Source: Minisyncoccota bacterium
GTDB taxonomy: Bacteria; Patescibacteriota; Minisyncoccia; Phycocordibacterales; UBA9973
Length of the DNA stretch: 62,501 nt
Direction: 5' to 3'
NCBI GenBank assembly: GCA_018062425.1
Contig: JAGOSH010000003.1
Span: forward strand, 1-62,501
Below are positions 8,058 to 17,468 of the stretch, in pieces; the first letter of the stretch is position 1; every line of letters begins with the position of its first letter. The translations under genes and the position numbers were made by a program. Below the pieces are notes generated by a model, which was not told the origin of the DNA, ran no database searches, and saw only the letters and a list, made by a program, of their open reading frames with translations.

Positions 8058-9317
8058 CTAATAATTCTGCTTAAGTGCCTTCGGTAAATCTTTAAGTTTC
8101 TTCACCACTGTTGTGAGCCCAGTTTTCGCCATTTCATCGATGTAGACTTTTGAATCGAAAGATTTGTCTTCGGTGTTTTTTACCCCGACGCCTCCCCATT
8201 TGCCTTGAAGAACAAGCTTTGCCGTGGTTACCGTCGGAATAGCTGTGGTGTAACCTATAGCGTTACCATTGGTTTCTTTGAAGGCTTTCTGGTGGTCGCA
8301 AACGTTGTATATATACATGTATTGCTTCTTCCCTTTCTTGGTTCCAGAAATAATATTTCCGATGTTGGTCTTACCTTTGTAGCCTGCGTTGAAGTCAGCC
8401 CCGGTTGGGAGAATCTTCTTTAGGAATTTTACTGGCACTACTTTCTTGCCTTCATAATCCACCTCATCGATACGAGTCATGCCTACTTCGTAGAGTACGC
8501 GTAGATATGTCAGGTACGCCGGAGAGAATGTCATCCAAAACCTGATTTGTTTCAATCCTGGGATGTGTTTCGGAATAGTCTCGAGCTCTTCGTGGTACAT
8601 CAGATACGGGGTAAACTTTCCTGCTTCTGGGAAATCGAATTCGAAGAACGCTGCATCTTCATCGATAAGCTTTCCCCTCTTTACCCATTTGCCATTCTTC
8701 CAGTATTCGATAGGTAGAATCAATTCACGGAGGTTGATCTCTGGGTCGAAGTTCGGTGCGAATTTTATTTTCTTGTCTTTACTTCCACCATTACAGTCCA
8801 ATATGTCTATTGTTTCTACTTTATCAAAAAGGTAATCCCGAGCATAAGCAGAATAAATATTTGAAACTCCCGGGTCGAATCCTGATCCTAGAATACCGAG
8901 AAGTCCCTTTTTCTTCCAATCATCATTTTTTGCAAGCTGTTGTTTGTACGAAAATCCGTATTTCTCTGGGTCTTCATAACAAGCAGTATCTATATAGTTC
9001 ACTCCGTATTCATAACAGGCGTCCATAACCACCAGGTTGTCATACGGTGAGCCCCAGTTCACGACTAATGTTGGTTCAACTCTGCCGAGTAAACTTAGAA
9101 AGAATTCTTTGTTACCCACGTTGCCTTCATGTAGGTGAAGTTTTACCTTGCCTTTTGATTTCTTGAGCACGGAATCACGCACTGTTTCCATTTTTTTTAG
9201 CGTACGCGACACTAGATGAATCTCCGAAAATATTTCTGGACTTTGTGCCATTTTATGCAAGCCAACAGCCCCCACATTTCCACAACCGATAACCAAAATT
9301 TTATTATATGTATTCAT
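8058..9317 (-). CDS. saccharopine dehydrogenase-family carboxynorspermidine synthase (dehydrogenase)
   Basis: Rossmann N-terminus KILVIGCGNVGAVG. At 419 aa it has the typical size and is paired with nspC. Confidence 0.8.
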   Translation of the reverse strand: MNTYNKILVIGCGNVGAVGLHKMAQSPEIFSEIHLVSRTLKKMETVRDSVLKKSKGKVKLHLHEGNVGNKEFFLSLLGRVEPTLVVNWGSPYDNLVVMDACYEYGVNYIDTACYEDPEKYGFSYKQQLAKNDDWKKKGLLGILGSGFDPGVSNIYSAYARDYLFDKVETIDILDCNGGSKDKKIKFAPNFDPEINLRELILPIEYWKNGKWVKRGKLIDEDAAFFEFDFPEAGKFTPYLMYHEELETIPKHIPGLKQIRFWMTFSPAYLTYLRVLYEVGMTRIDEVDYEGKKVVPVKFLKKILPTGADFNAGYKGKTNIGNIISGTKKGKKQYMYIYNVCDHQKAFKETNGNAIGYTTAIPTVTTAKLVLQGKWGGVGVKNTEDKSFDSKVYIDEMAKTGLTTVVKKLKDLPKALKQNY

Positions 9318-9375
9318 TGATTTTTCCTTGAATTGTTATATATTTACAAGGTAAGTTTAGCGTCAATTAACTAGC

Positions 9376-10536
9376 ATGTCAAAGAAAATAATCATCAACA
9401 AATTCGGTGGCGGAATCCTCAAAAAGGAACTAATTCCCTTCATGGAAAAGCGCATCAAAGAACAATTGAAAGCGGGCTTTGCGCCCGTAGTTGTAGTGTC
9501 GGCACTGCCTGGAGTAACAGACAAACTACTCGGTGAAGCAGCTGGCAAAAGTATGCAGATGAAAGACAAGATAATTTCCAGTGGTGAAAAAGAGTCTGCT
9601 CAAATGTTTGCAAAGTATTTGTGTGACCTAGGCATGCCGGCAGAAGTAGTGCCAGCCGAGGAAATGATAGTTACCGATGATAACTTTGGAAATGCAAACA
9701 TCATCTATAAAATTTCTGAAAAGAATGTACAGAGAAAACTATCATCATTGGAAAAAATCCCGGTCATTCCTGGGTTCATCGGTAAAACAAAAAATGGCGA
9801 GACTACAACCCTCGGCCGTGGAGGCACCGACACTACTGCCTGCTTTGTGGGAGCAGCACTTCGTGCAGAGAAAGTTGTGCTTTGGAAAGATGTCGACGGA
9901 GTCATGTCTGCAAATCCAAAGATTGTTAAATCTGCAAAAACTGTACCATTTGTCAGCTATCAGGAAGCCGAAGAAGCTGGCAAAATAATCCACGACAAAG
10001 CTATCCAGTATGTGAAAATGCATGACACCCCGATAGAAATAGCATCCCTCGTAGATCCAAAACAAAAGACTGTAGTTGGTAAGGCTAAGAAGTTAAAGCA
10101 TGGCACCAAGATAGTTAGTTACAAAAAAGACCTAGTCCTGTTCACTATTACCGACGAAAGTAAAAAAGAAAATGGATTACTAGCTATCAGCAGTAATGCA
10201 TTCTTTAAACACAAGGTGGACATAATCCTCATCAGTAATACTCAATACAGTATTCAAATAGTTGCTGATAATGCCAACGGCAAAGCGGAGGAAGTTTATG
10301 AAGAAATAAATAAAAAAGTAAAAGAAGTAGAGATGCATCCAGTATCTATGATCTATCTCATCGGAAGCTTTGATGTGTATGATGTGAATGACTTCAACGC
10401 CATGTTGATAAAAATGAAAGCGGACCTCGAAATCAGCGCCTTCCTGTACAAAAACTGCACCCGACTGGAAGCGATAATCAAAGAACAAAATATAGATAAA
10501 ATTATAAATTCATTACACAAAAAGTTTATTAAGTAA
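9376..10536 (+). CDS. aspartate kinase
   Basis: KFGGGIL, VVVVSALPGVTDKLL and GRGGTDTTA motifs, with a C-terminal ACT-like region. Confidence 0.85.
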   Translation: MSKKIIINKFGGGILKKELIPFMEKRIKEQLKAGFAPVVVVSALPGVTDKLLGEAAGKSMQMKDKIISSGEKESAQMFAKYLCDLGMPAEVVPAEEMIVTDDNFGNANIIYKISEKNVQRKLSSLEKIPVIPGFIGKTKNGETTTLGRGGTDTTACFVGAALRAEKVVLWKDVDGVMSANPKIVKSAKTVPFVSYQEAEEAGKIIHDKAIQYVKMHDTPIEIASLVDPKQKTVVGKAKKLKHGTKIVSYKKDLVLFTITDESKKENGLLAISSNAFFKHKVDIILISNTQYSIQIVADNANGKAEEVYEEINKKVKEVEMHPVSMIYLIGSFDVYDVNDFNAMLIKMKADLEISAFLYKNCTRLEAIIKEQNIDKIINSLHKKFIK

Positions 10537-10540
10537 TCCC

Positions 10541-10578
10541 AGACGTCGGACATCTGGGATTCTTGATGTCCGACGTCT
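10541..10578 (+). promoter_or_regulatory. 14-bp perfect inverted repeat between aspartate kinase and asd
   Basis: agacgtcggacatc (10541-10554) pairs with gatgtccgacgtct (10565-10578). A competing hairpin atcccaga/tctgggat (10536-10560) shares the left arm. Confidence 0.5.
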
Positions 10579-10588
10579 AAACTAAAAC

Positions 10589-11680
10589 ATGGCAAAGAAA
10601 TTCAAAGTTGGCGTATTGGGGGCGACAGGGATGGTTGGACAAAATTATATACGACTACTCGACGGACATCCGTGGTTTGATGTGGTGTATGTAGCAGCAT
10701 CGGCAAACTCTGCTGGAGCTAGCTACGGTGAATCAGTAAAAGGACGCTGGCAAATGCACTCGCCTATTCCAGCGAATGTTGCTGGGCTTACAGTAGAAGA
10801 TGTAGCGAGCATAGAAAAAGCAAAAGAAGTTTGTGACTTTGTATTTTCTGCTTTTGAAATGTCCGACAAAGAACTGATAAAAGAAACCGAAAAGAAATAT
10901 GCCGAGGCTGGACTACCAGTAGTATCAAACGCTTCCGCCAACAGATGGACAGATGACGTGCCAATGCTCATACCCGAGATAAACGCTGACCATGCAGAGA
11001 TAATTAAAACTCAACAAGCAAACCATGGCTGGAACAAGGGTTTTATAGCTGTGAAGCCGAACTGTTCTATACAAAGTTACCTCACCCCGATACATGCGCT
11101 CGAGGCTGCTGGATACGAGATTGAGAAAATTATGATCACTACCATGCAGGCAGTGTCTGGTGCCGGATACCCGGGTGTACCATCACTCGATATGATCGAT
11201 AACATCGTGCCCTTCATCGGTGGAGAAGAAGAAAAGACAGAGAAAGAACCTCTAAAGATTCTAGGAAAAATTGTCGATGGAAAATTTGTAAACAGAGATG
11301 GGTTGAAGATATCTGCTACTTGTACTCGTGTGCCAGTGACTGATGGGCACACCGCAACTGTAAACATTTTATTTAAAGACAAAAAGCCAACCAAAGAAGA
11401 AATACTAGAAATATGGAGAAATTTCAAAAGTGTTCCCCAAGAACTCGACCTACCTTTCGCGCCAGTGCAACCAATACATTACACAGAAGAAGAAAATAGA
11501 CCCCAGCCGAAAAAGGACCGCGACTCTGACAAAGGCATGGCAGTAACAGTCGGACGTCTACGACCTTGTAATGTTTTTGATTTCAAATTTGTAGCCCTAT
11601 CCCACAACACCGTTCGTGGGGCAGCCGGTGGTGGAATTCTTAACGCAGAACTCTTGGTTAAGAAAGGATATATAAGTTAG
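10589..11680 (+). CDS. asd: aspartate-semialdehyde dehydrogenase
   Basis: GATGMVGQ Rossmann motif, active-site KPNCSIQ and [10 protein letters not shown]. Confidence 0.93.
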   Translation: MAKKFKVGVLGATGMVGQNYIRLLDGHPWFDVVYVAASANSAGASYGESVKGRWQMHSPIPANVAGLTVEDVASIEKAKEVCDFVFSAFEMSDKELIKETEKKYAEAGLPVVSNASANRWTDDVPMLIPEINADHAEIIKTQQANHGWNKGFIAVKPNCSIQSYLTPIHALEAAGYEIEKIMITTMQAVSGAGYPGVPSLDMIDNIVPFIGGEEEKTEKEPLKILGKIVDGKFVNRDGLKISATCTRVPVTDGHTATVNILFKDKKPTKEEILEIWRNFKSVPQELDLPFAPVQPIHYTEEENRPQPKKDRDSDKGMAVTVGRLRPCNVFDFKFVALSHNTVRGAAGGGILNAELLVKKGYIS

Positions 11681-12768
11681 ATTCCTTCTTCTTTTAGTTT
11701 TTCTACGAGCTCTTTTTCTTTTCTGGAAAGTTTAGGTATTTTTATATTAAGTTTAACTAGCAAATCTCCGCGTCGGCCTTTGTTCGGCACACCCCGGCCT
11801 TTGACTCGCAATACTTCATTCACAGAGATACCTTCTGGTATATTGATATCTATTTTGCCGTCCAATGTTTCGATTGAATATTTTGCACCGAGCAGTGCGT
11901 CCGTAAGTTTGATGTCGAGGTTCATATACAGGTCACTACCTTCACGTTTGAATGTAGGATGTGGCATTACTCGTATTTTGATATACAAATCTCCAGCCGT
12001 ACCATTTGGCACAGCCTCCCCCGCACCGGTCATACGCAAAGAGTCTCCATTGTTGATGCCTTCGGGTACATTGATTGTGATTTCTTCTTGTTTGTGTAAA
12101 ACACCCTTGCCTTTGCATGTGTCGCAATGTTCTTTGGGTACTTCACCTCGTCCAGCACAAGTGTCGCAGACCTTGGTGCTAGATATGGTTCCCAGGATTG
12201 TCCTCTTGGCTTCTTGAACCTTACCTTTACCTTTACAGGTTTTGCAGGTTTCCATTTTGGTTCCGGGCTTAGCGCCGTCTCCGTTACAAGTAGAACACTT
12301 AGAAGTTTTAGATAAAAGTATTTTTTGAGTCACACCGAAAACAGAATCTGCAAAAGAGATTTGTATTTCGGTTGAGATGTCTCGTCCTTTTCTTTTTTGA
12401 GTACGACTGCCACCTCCACCAAAGAAGTCACTGAAGATGTCGTTCAAATCGAATTCCATTCCCCCGCCATTTTGAAAACCAGAAAAGTCGAAACCTTCGA
12501 ATCCACCGAATCCACCTTGGTAGCCACCCTGTTGGCCGCCGCCGAAGCCGCCCATGTTTTGGTAATTAGAACCAAATTGGTCGTATTGGGCGCGTTTCTG
12601 ATCGTCGGAAAGGGTCTGGTAAGCCTCGTTTACTTCCTTGAATTTCTTTTCATCGCCCTCCTTTTTGTCTGGGTGATATTTGTGCGCCAACTTATAAAAA
12701 GCCTTCTTTATTTCTTCTTTAGAAGCTTTTTTATCAACGCCCAATAATGCATAGTAATCCTTACTCAT
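11677..12768 (-). CDS. dnaJ: molecular chaperone DnaJ
   Basis: J domain with HPD (KYHPDKK), a G/F-rich linker and four CxxCxGxG repeats. Confidence 0.95.
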   Translation of the reverse strand: MSKDYYALLGVDKKASKEEIKKAFYKLAHKYHPDKKEGDEKKFKEVNEAYQTLSDDQKRAQYDQFGSNYQNMGGFGGGQQGGYQGGFGGFEGFDFSGFQNGGGMEFDLNDIFSDFFGGGGSRTQKRKGRDISTEIQISFADSVFGVTQKILLSKTSKCSTCNGDGAKPGTKMETCKTCKGKGKVQEAKRTILGTISSTKVCDTCAGRGEVPKEHCDTCKGKGVLHKQEEITINVPEGINNGDSLRMTGAGEAVPNGTAGDLYIKIRVMPHPTFKREGSDLYMNLDIKLTDALLGAKYSIETLDGKIDINIPEGISVNEVLRVKGRGVPNKGRRGDLLVKLNIKIPKLSRKEKELVEKLKEEGI

Positions 12769-12776
12769 GGTTAGGT

Positions 12777-12804
12777 ATTATACTCATGGACGATAATAGG
12801 TCAA
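12777..12804 (-). promoter_or_regulatory. sigma70-type promoter of dnaJ (near-leaderless)
   Basis: Minus strand reads TTGACC (12804-12799), a 16-nt spacer, TATAAT (12782-12777), then 8 nt to the ATG at 12768. Confidence 0.5.
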
Positions 12805-12844
12805 TATTTCTGCGCCCGCGGAATTTAGGTTTACCCTATCACTC

Positions 12845-12871
12845 GCCCTGCTCATTCGCGAATGACGGGGC
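12845..12871 (-). terminator. GC-rich hairpin after the 579-aa Cys-rich gene
   Basis: gccctgc-tcattcg/cgaatga-cggggc, containing the perfect palindrome tcattcgcgaatga. No clear T-run follows, so terminator function is uncertain. Confidence 0.35.
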
Positions 12872-12886
12872 TCGCGAGCGAAGGAG

Positions 12887-14626
12887 TTAGTATACTTCCT
12901 GCTGGTAACATTTTTCGCAGTACACAATCTCCGGTCGGTCTGGGGCATAACTGGTTTCGAATTCTACATTACACTGACCTTGATGATTGGGGTGATTTTC
13001 TTTACCACACATACATTGACGATGCCAAAGTTTTAAAGGGGTACGTTTTTGTAACCTTTCATAATGTCGTGCATTAGGAGATTTTCTGGGAATTGGTACA
13101 TTCATTCTTTTATAAAAATTAAATTCACCAGGAGTAATGTTAAAAACTTTGGTTGAATAAAATTCTGTCGAATCCAAACAATCAAAAGCTTCTTTTAAAA
13201 TATCTTCTGAAACTTCCTTAATATCATCTGGGATATTTTCTAGACTCATGGTTGATTTATTATTTGTCTCTTGCGCGTTACCCCATAAAAATCCTTTTTT
13301 ATGGGTTTCTTCTTCGCTTAACACAGGAAAATACTCTTGCGCAATAGTTTTATTATAAGGAAATGGACTAAGTTCTCCTGGAAAAAATTCACCGAAACCG
13401 TATTTCGCTCCTCTCCTATCAACGTAAGGCATATCGTCCATGTGTTTCTTTATTTTTTCTACTATTTCGAAATAATCGTCTTTTGTATATTGTTTATTAA
13501 AAATACAGTATTGTTTTTTGTGTACTCCAATACAACCAAATAAATTTTCTGAATTATGACAAAACAACGAGTAACTCACGTTGTACCCTCCCCAACAACT
13601 TAACGAAAACAAAAGTTTACTACCGTTATCTCCTGAATCTATAACCTCGTACATTTGTTCTGCTGTAGCACCAGCGCCATACACATCATGGGTATCCTTA
13701 AGCCCAGCTGCACCACTTACACAATAAGAGCAATCCTCAGCATTATCTAGATCAAAAGATTTTTTGCAATTTTTTGTATTTGTAAAATAATCACCAGTGG
13801 AATTTACGGCATTTGTCTGATGAGAGTATTTATGAACTGCATTGATGCACAATTCATCAAACTCCTCTTTCAATTCAACAATCGAATTATAAGAACCTAA
13901 ATTCAATTCTTTTATTTTTTTATCATACTCAGGTTTACTTAATTGAATATTTCTAAAAACATATTGTTTGTTTCTTAAATTACTAGACATAAAACAATCT
14001 GTACATCCACGACAATCAAATAAAAAATAACTAGTAGTAATATTTACAGAATCTACTAAGTACTTACTTCCATAGCAACTTTGGCAATTAACCAAATCGT
14101 AACAAAAATCACATTTTATTGACCAATACAAATCAAGAGAATCTTTACTGTTTACGACTTTAGAACAATACATTACATCATCGCACCCCCACATTCCAAA
14201 AGACATAAAAACATTTTTGAGCTCACCGGCGTAATTAGTATAAGGACTATTGAAACTTTTAGCGTTAAAAAGAGGAATACTCGGTACTGTATTAAGAAGT
14301 TCTTTCCATTGCTGGAAAAAAGGCTTAGAAAAATCATAGTCTTTACCATAAGAAAGTGAATCAAATTTGTCACTCCACCAATAATCTCGATCCACTATAC
14401 TAACACCTGATTCTTCAGAAAAAGAAGTTATAACAGATTTACCAGTAAGCGAACATTTCCGTTTATATAAAAACCTTTCTCCTCTCCAAGCCATTCTCCT
14501 AACCAATCTACACTCCGGACAAAAAGTCGGTGGTGGAACTTTTATCTTTTCATAGAAAGAAAAGTCGTCTTCTTCTATAACGAAATCTTTTTTACAATTT
14601 TGGCAGTTTTTATTTTCGCTTGGCAT
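12887..14626 (-). CDS. cysteine-rich protein with terminal zinc-ribbon modules (paralog A, 579 aa)
   Basis: The N-terminus has CQNC-x24-CPEC. Two central repeats end in CFMSSNLRNKQY and LFGCIGVHKKQYCIFNKQYTKDDY. The C-terminus reads ...SYAPDRPEIVYCEKCYQQEVY. Paralogous to 17469..19214 and 19218..20915. Confidence 0.7.
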   Translation of the reverse strand: MPSENKNCQNCKKDFVIEEDDFSFYEKIKVPPPTFCPECRLVRRMAWRGERFLYKRKCSLTGKSVITSFSEESGVSIVDRDYWWSDKFDSLSYGKDYDFSKPFFQQWKELLNTVPSIPLFNAKSFNSPYTNYAGELKNVFMSFGMWGCDDVMYCSKVVNSKDSLDLYWSIKCDFCYDLVNCQSCYGSKYLVDSVNITTSYFLFDCRGCTDCFMSSNLRNKQYVFRNIQLSKPEYDKKIKELNLGSYNSIVELKEEFDELCINAVHKYSHQTNAVNSTGDYFTNTKNCKKSFDLDNAEDCSYCVSGAAGLKDTHDVYGAGATAEQMYEVIDSGDNGSKLLFSLSCWGGYNVSYSLFCHNSENLFGCIGVHKKQYCIFNKQYTKDDYFEIVEKIKKHMDDMPYVDRRGAKYGFGEFFPGELSPFPYNKTIAQEYFPVLSEEETHKKGFLWGNAQETNNKSTMSLENIPDDIKEVSEDILKEAFDCLDSTEFYSTKVFNITPGEFNFYKRMNVPIPRKSPNARHYERLQKRTPLKLWHRQCMCGKENHPNHQGQCNVEFETSYAPDRPEIVYCEKCYQQEVY

Positions 14627-14677
14627 TTTTTTATTCTGGTATTCTGCAGAATATGAGAATATTCATTAATCTTTGAA

Positions 14678-16126
14678 CTATATCATCGGTTCGGCTTCTT
14701 GTTCTTTGGGTGTATCGTCCTTTTTCTTACCAGATATTGCTTCTTTTTCTTCTTTACTACGGATAATGGTGGCTTCTTCTTCGGCTATCAATTTCTGGGC
14801 ATCATCTTTGGAGATAGAATATTTCCTGCGAGAAGATGCAATTATTTCTTCCTTGGAAGATTTATATGGTGGTGGTAGGACCCGAAGCGTTTCCGCCGAA
14901 AACGGGTCATACGATTCCCCATCGATGGTCATCTTGATATAGATTTCACCTACCGCCAGGTTGATCATATCTTTCACATCAAAAACTGGAGCGAATTCTG
15001 GCTTCAGTTTTACAGCGTCTTCACCACCCACCCGGAAAGAAATAATACTTCCCGTGTTTCCAAGCACTGCTTGATAAATCTTGGGATTAATCTGCCCCAC
15101 GTATTGGTGCGCCATAGTTAGATTTAGCCCATATTTACGCGCCTCAGACAGGATGTTTTCAAATGTTTGAGTCACTATATTTTGAAACTCGTCTACGTAC
15201 ACATAGAAATCATTGCGGTCCTTCTCTGCGATGTTGGCACGCTCCATACCGGCTTGTTTGATCTTGGTCAAGAACATCGAACCGAAGAAGCTGGAATTCT
15301 CTTCCCCGATTTTACCTTTAGAAAGATTAATGAAGATAATTTTCTTCTCATTCATCAATGTCGAAATATCAATTTTGTTTTGCTTCTGTCCGAAAATATT
15401 ACGGAGCAATGGGTCGGATAGAAACTGTCCGAGTTTGTTGACCAGTGGGATAATAGCGTCAGTGTCGAATTTCTCCGACCAGTCGGCGAATTCGATAGCG
15501 AAGAAACGCTTCACCATGTCGTCTTGAATGTACTCCACTACCTTCTGTCTATAATTTCTGTCGGTCAACATGGAGATCATCCCGCGCATAGTGGCATACG
15601 GATAGTCTAGTAACGCCAGACAAGTAAACCGGAAAACGTGTTCGAGACGTGGTCCCCAGTTGGAACCGAATTGTTTCTGTAAAACTTCGATGAGTCCTTG
15701 AGTAAGTTGAAATTTGAATTGCGGATCAACGTTCGCCAGCGGGTTAAAAGAAACTGGGAAGTCTCTGTCCGACGGATCAATGATACATACGTCTTCGATA
15801 CGCTCCTTTGGAATGTAGTCGAGCATTGCGTCTATCACATCGCCGTGCGGGTCAATGAGACATAGTCCGTGTCCGTAGGTGATGTCCTGGCGGAGCATGA
15901 GCTCTAGGAGTTTGGTTTTGCCGACTCCTGACTTGCCGATGATGTACAGATGGCGACGACGGTCTACGCGTTTGATACCGAAAATAAACTTCTTTTCTTC
16001 GAGTGCCGCTACATAGTTTGTCCGCCCGATAAAGGACACGTCCTCGGGATTCACCTTGCCGAAAATAGGTAACTCCGGTGGTGGAGGCGCGTATTTGATT
16101 ATCTGGACTCTGTTTAGTTTCGACAT
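14678..16126 (-). CDS. soluble VirD4/TraD-like (T4SS coupling-protein family) P-loop ATPase, 482 aa
   Basis: Walker A GKSGVGKT followed by IDPHGD, Walker B FYVYVDEFQN, and the AHQYVGQ motif. No TM helices. Paralog of 20908..23178. Confidence 0.75.
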   Translation of the reverse strand: MSKLNRVQIIKYAPPPPELPIFGKVNPEDVSFIGRTNYVAALEEKKFIFGIKRVDRRRHLYIIGKSGVGKTKLLELMLRQDITYGHGLCLIDPHGDVIDAMLDYIPKERIEDVCIIDPSDRDFPVSFNPLANVDPQFKFQLTQGLIEVLQKQFGSNWGPRLEHVFRFTCLALLDYPYATMRGMISMLTDRNYRQKVVEYIQDDMVKRFFAIEFADWSEKFDTDAIIPLVNKLGQFLSDPLLRNIFGQKQNKIDISTLMNEKKIIFINLSKGKIGEENSSFFGSMFLTKIKQAGMERANIAEKDRNDFYVYVDEFQNIVTQTFENILSEARKYGLNLTMAHQYVGQINPKIYQAVLGNTGSIISFRVGGEDAVKLKPEFAPVFDVKDMINLAVGEIYIKMTIDGESYDPFSAETLRVLPPPYKSSKEEIIASSRRKYSISKDDAQKLIAEEEATIIRSKEEKEAISGKKKDDTPKEQEAEPMI

Positions 16127-16148
16127 ATTGCCTACTTAGTGTATCATA

Positions 16149-16850
16149 ATGAGTATGAAAATACACCGATTTATTGGAGACTTTAATTTAACTGGAAAAG
16201 AGGTAGATATTACTGACCCCGAAAATATCAAACAAATAAAGGCTGTTTTGAGGATGGAAGTTGGAGACGAACTAATCCTGTCCGATGGGATAGGTGCAGA
16301 GGCCAGGGTAAAAATTATTGAAATATCCAAATCCAAAATGGTGTGTGAGGTTCTGGAAACAAAGAAAACAGAAGAGTCTGACAAGACAGTAAGTCTGTAC
16401 CTGGCGATTTTGAAAAAAGAAAACTTTGAACTCGCGGTGCAGAAAGCAGTGGAATGCGGGGTGGCACAAATAATCCCTGTCATCACCGAACGTACGGTCA
16501 AAGTCGGACTAAACATGGAAAGGCTGGAAAAAATAATAAAAGAAGCAAGTGAACAGTCTGGCAGAAGTATCCTACCGAAACTTTTTGAGACGATGAATTT
16601 CGTCGAGGCATTAGAGCATGGTAAAGAAAATCAAGAAAAAGTAATTTTTCATCTAGTAGATACAGAATACCTACCCGAAAAAAATGCATCCTCGGTTAGT
16701 ATTTTTGTCGGGCCTGAAGGCGGATTTAACGAAAGCGAAGTAAATCTAGCAAAAGAATCCGGCTACACTGTCGCCTCTCTGGGCACACTCACCCTCCGTG
16801 GTGAAACCGCAGCAATAGTAGCCACCTACCGAGCAGTGCAAGGAATTTAA
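16149..16850 (+). CDS. rsmE: 16S rRNA (uracil1498-N3)-methyltransferase
   Basis: RsmE-like N-terminus (M)KIHRF..., a PUA-like domain, and the C-terminal SPOUT motifs GPEGGF and LGTLTLRGETA. The true start may be the ATG at 16155, 7-8 nt after TATCAT at 16142-16147. Confidence 0.85.
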   Translation: MSMKIHRFIGDFNLTGKEVDITDPENIKQIKAVLRMEVGDELILSDGIGAEARVKIIEISKSKMVCEVLETKKTEESDKTVSLYLAILKKENFELAVQKAVECGVAQIIPVITERTVKVGLNMERLEKIIKEASEQSGRSILPKLFETMNFVEALEHGKENQEKVIFHLVDTEYLPEKNASSVSIFVGPEGGFNESEVNLAKESGYTVASLGTLTLRGETAAIVATYRAVQGI

Positions 16851-17458
16851 CTCTTGTTTTTGTATTTTAATCGCAAGATAAGAACAGTTACTATGAAAGT
16901 CGAGATGACAGACCGCGAACCATAAACTATGGGTAGTAACGACATTGTTTTTATCGGTTCAACCAAACCAAAAAGAGAGGCTGCGCAGTTGGTGGACCAC
17001 ATCCCGACAGATTCAGTATTTTCTGTAGCTTTCCATAATTGCACCAAGGTAGGCAAATAAGCAATAACGAGTATGGCTTGGACAGCTAAATGTGCCAAAA
17101 TGTTTTGACCACTTATAATCCATGCAATAAAAACAAAAACCACAGCGCCCAAACAACGTTTTTCAAACGTATTAAAAATCTTTCTGGAGTCATTCCTGGA
17201 CAAAATAACTCCGCATATAATAAATACCGAAAGTGTATCAACAACATTATAAGAATTAGCCAACAAACCCGGAACACCACTTTCTTTAAAATTGGTAACA
17301 AGACTGAGTAAAGTTGCAAACACAAAGAAAATCCACGTCGCTAGTACCGGCTTCACTTTTCCTTTTTCAATACCAACCAAATATATAATAGTGTAGGCCA
17401 GGACGCACAACACCATAGCAATCTGAGGCAAAAATTTTATTATTGGGAATAACGTCAT
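16847..17458 (-). CDS. hypothetical polytopic membrane protein
   Basis: About 6 hydrophobic helices. The start is placed at internal Met (MTLFPII...), 10 nt after the stop of the upstream Cys-rich gene. The longer ORF (to 17563) would overlap that gene. Confidence 0.55.
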   Translation of the reverse strand: MTLFPIIKFLPQIAMVLCVLAYTIIYLVGIEKGKVKPVLATWIFFVFATLLSLVTNFKESGVPGLLANSYNVVDTLSVFIICGVILSRNDSRKIFNTFEKRCLGAVVFVFIAWIISGQNILAHLAVQAILVIAYLPTLVQLWKATENTESVGMWSTNCAASLFGLVEPIKTMSLLPIVYGSRSVISTFIVTVLILRLKYKNKS

Positions 17459-17468
17459 TGAATTAGGT

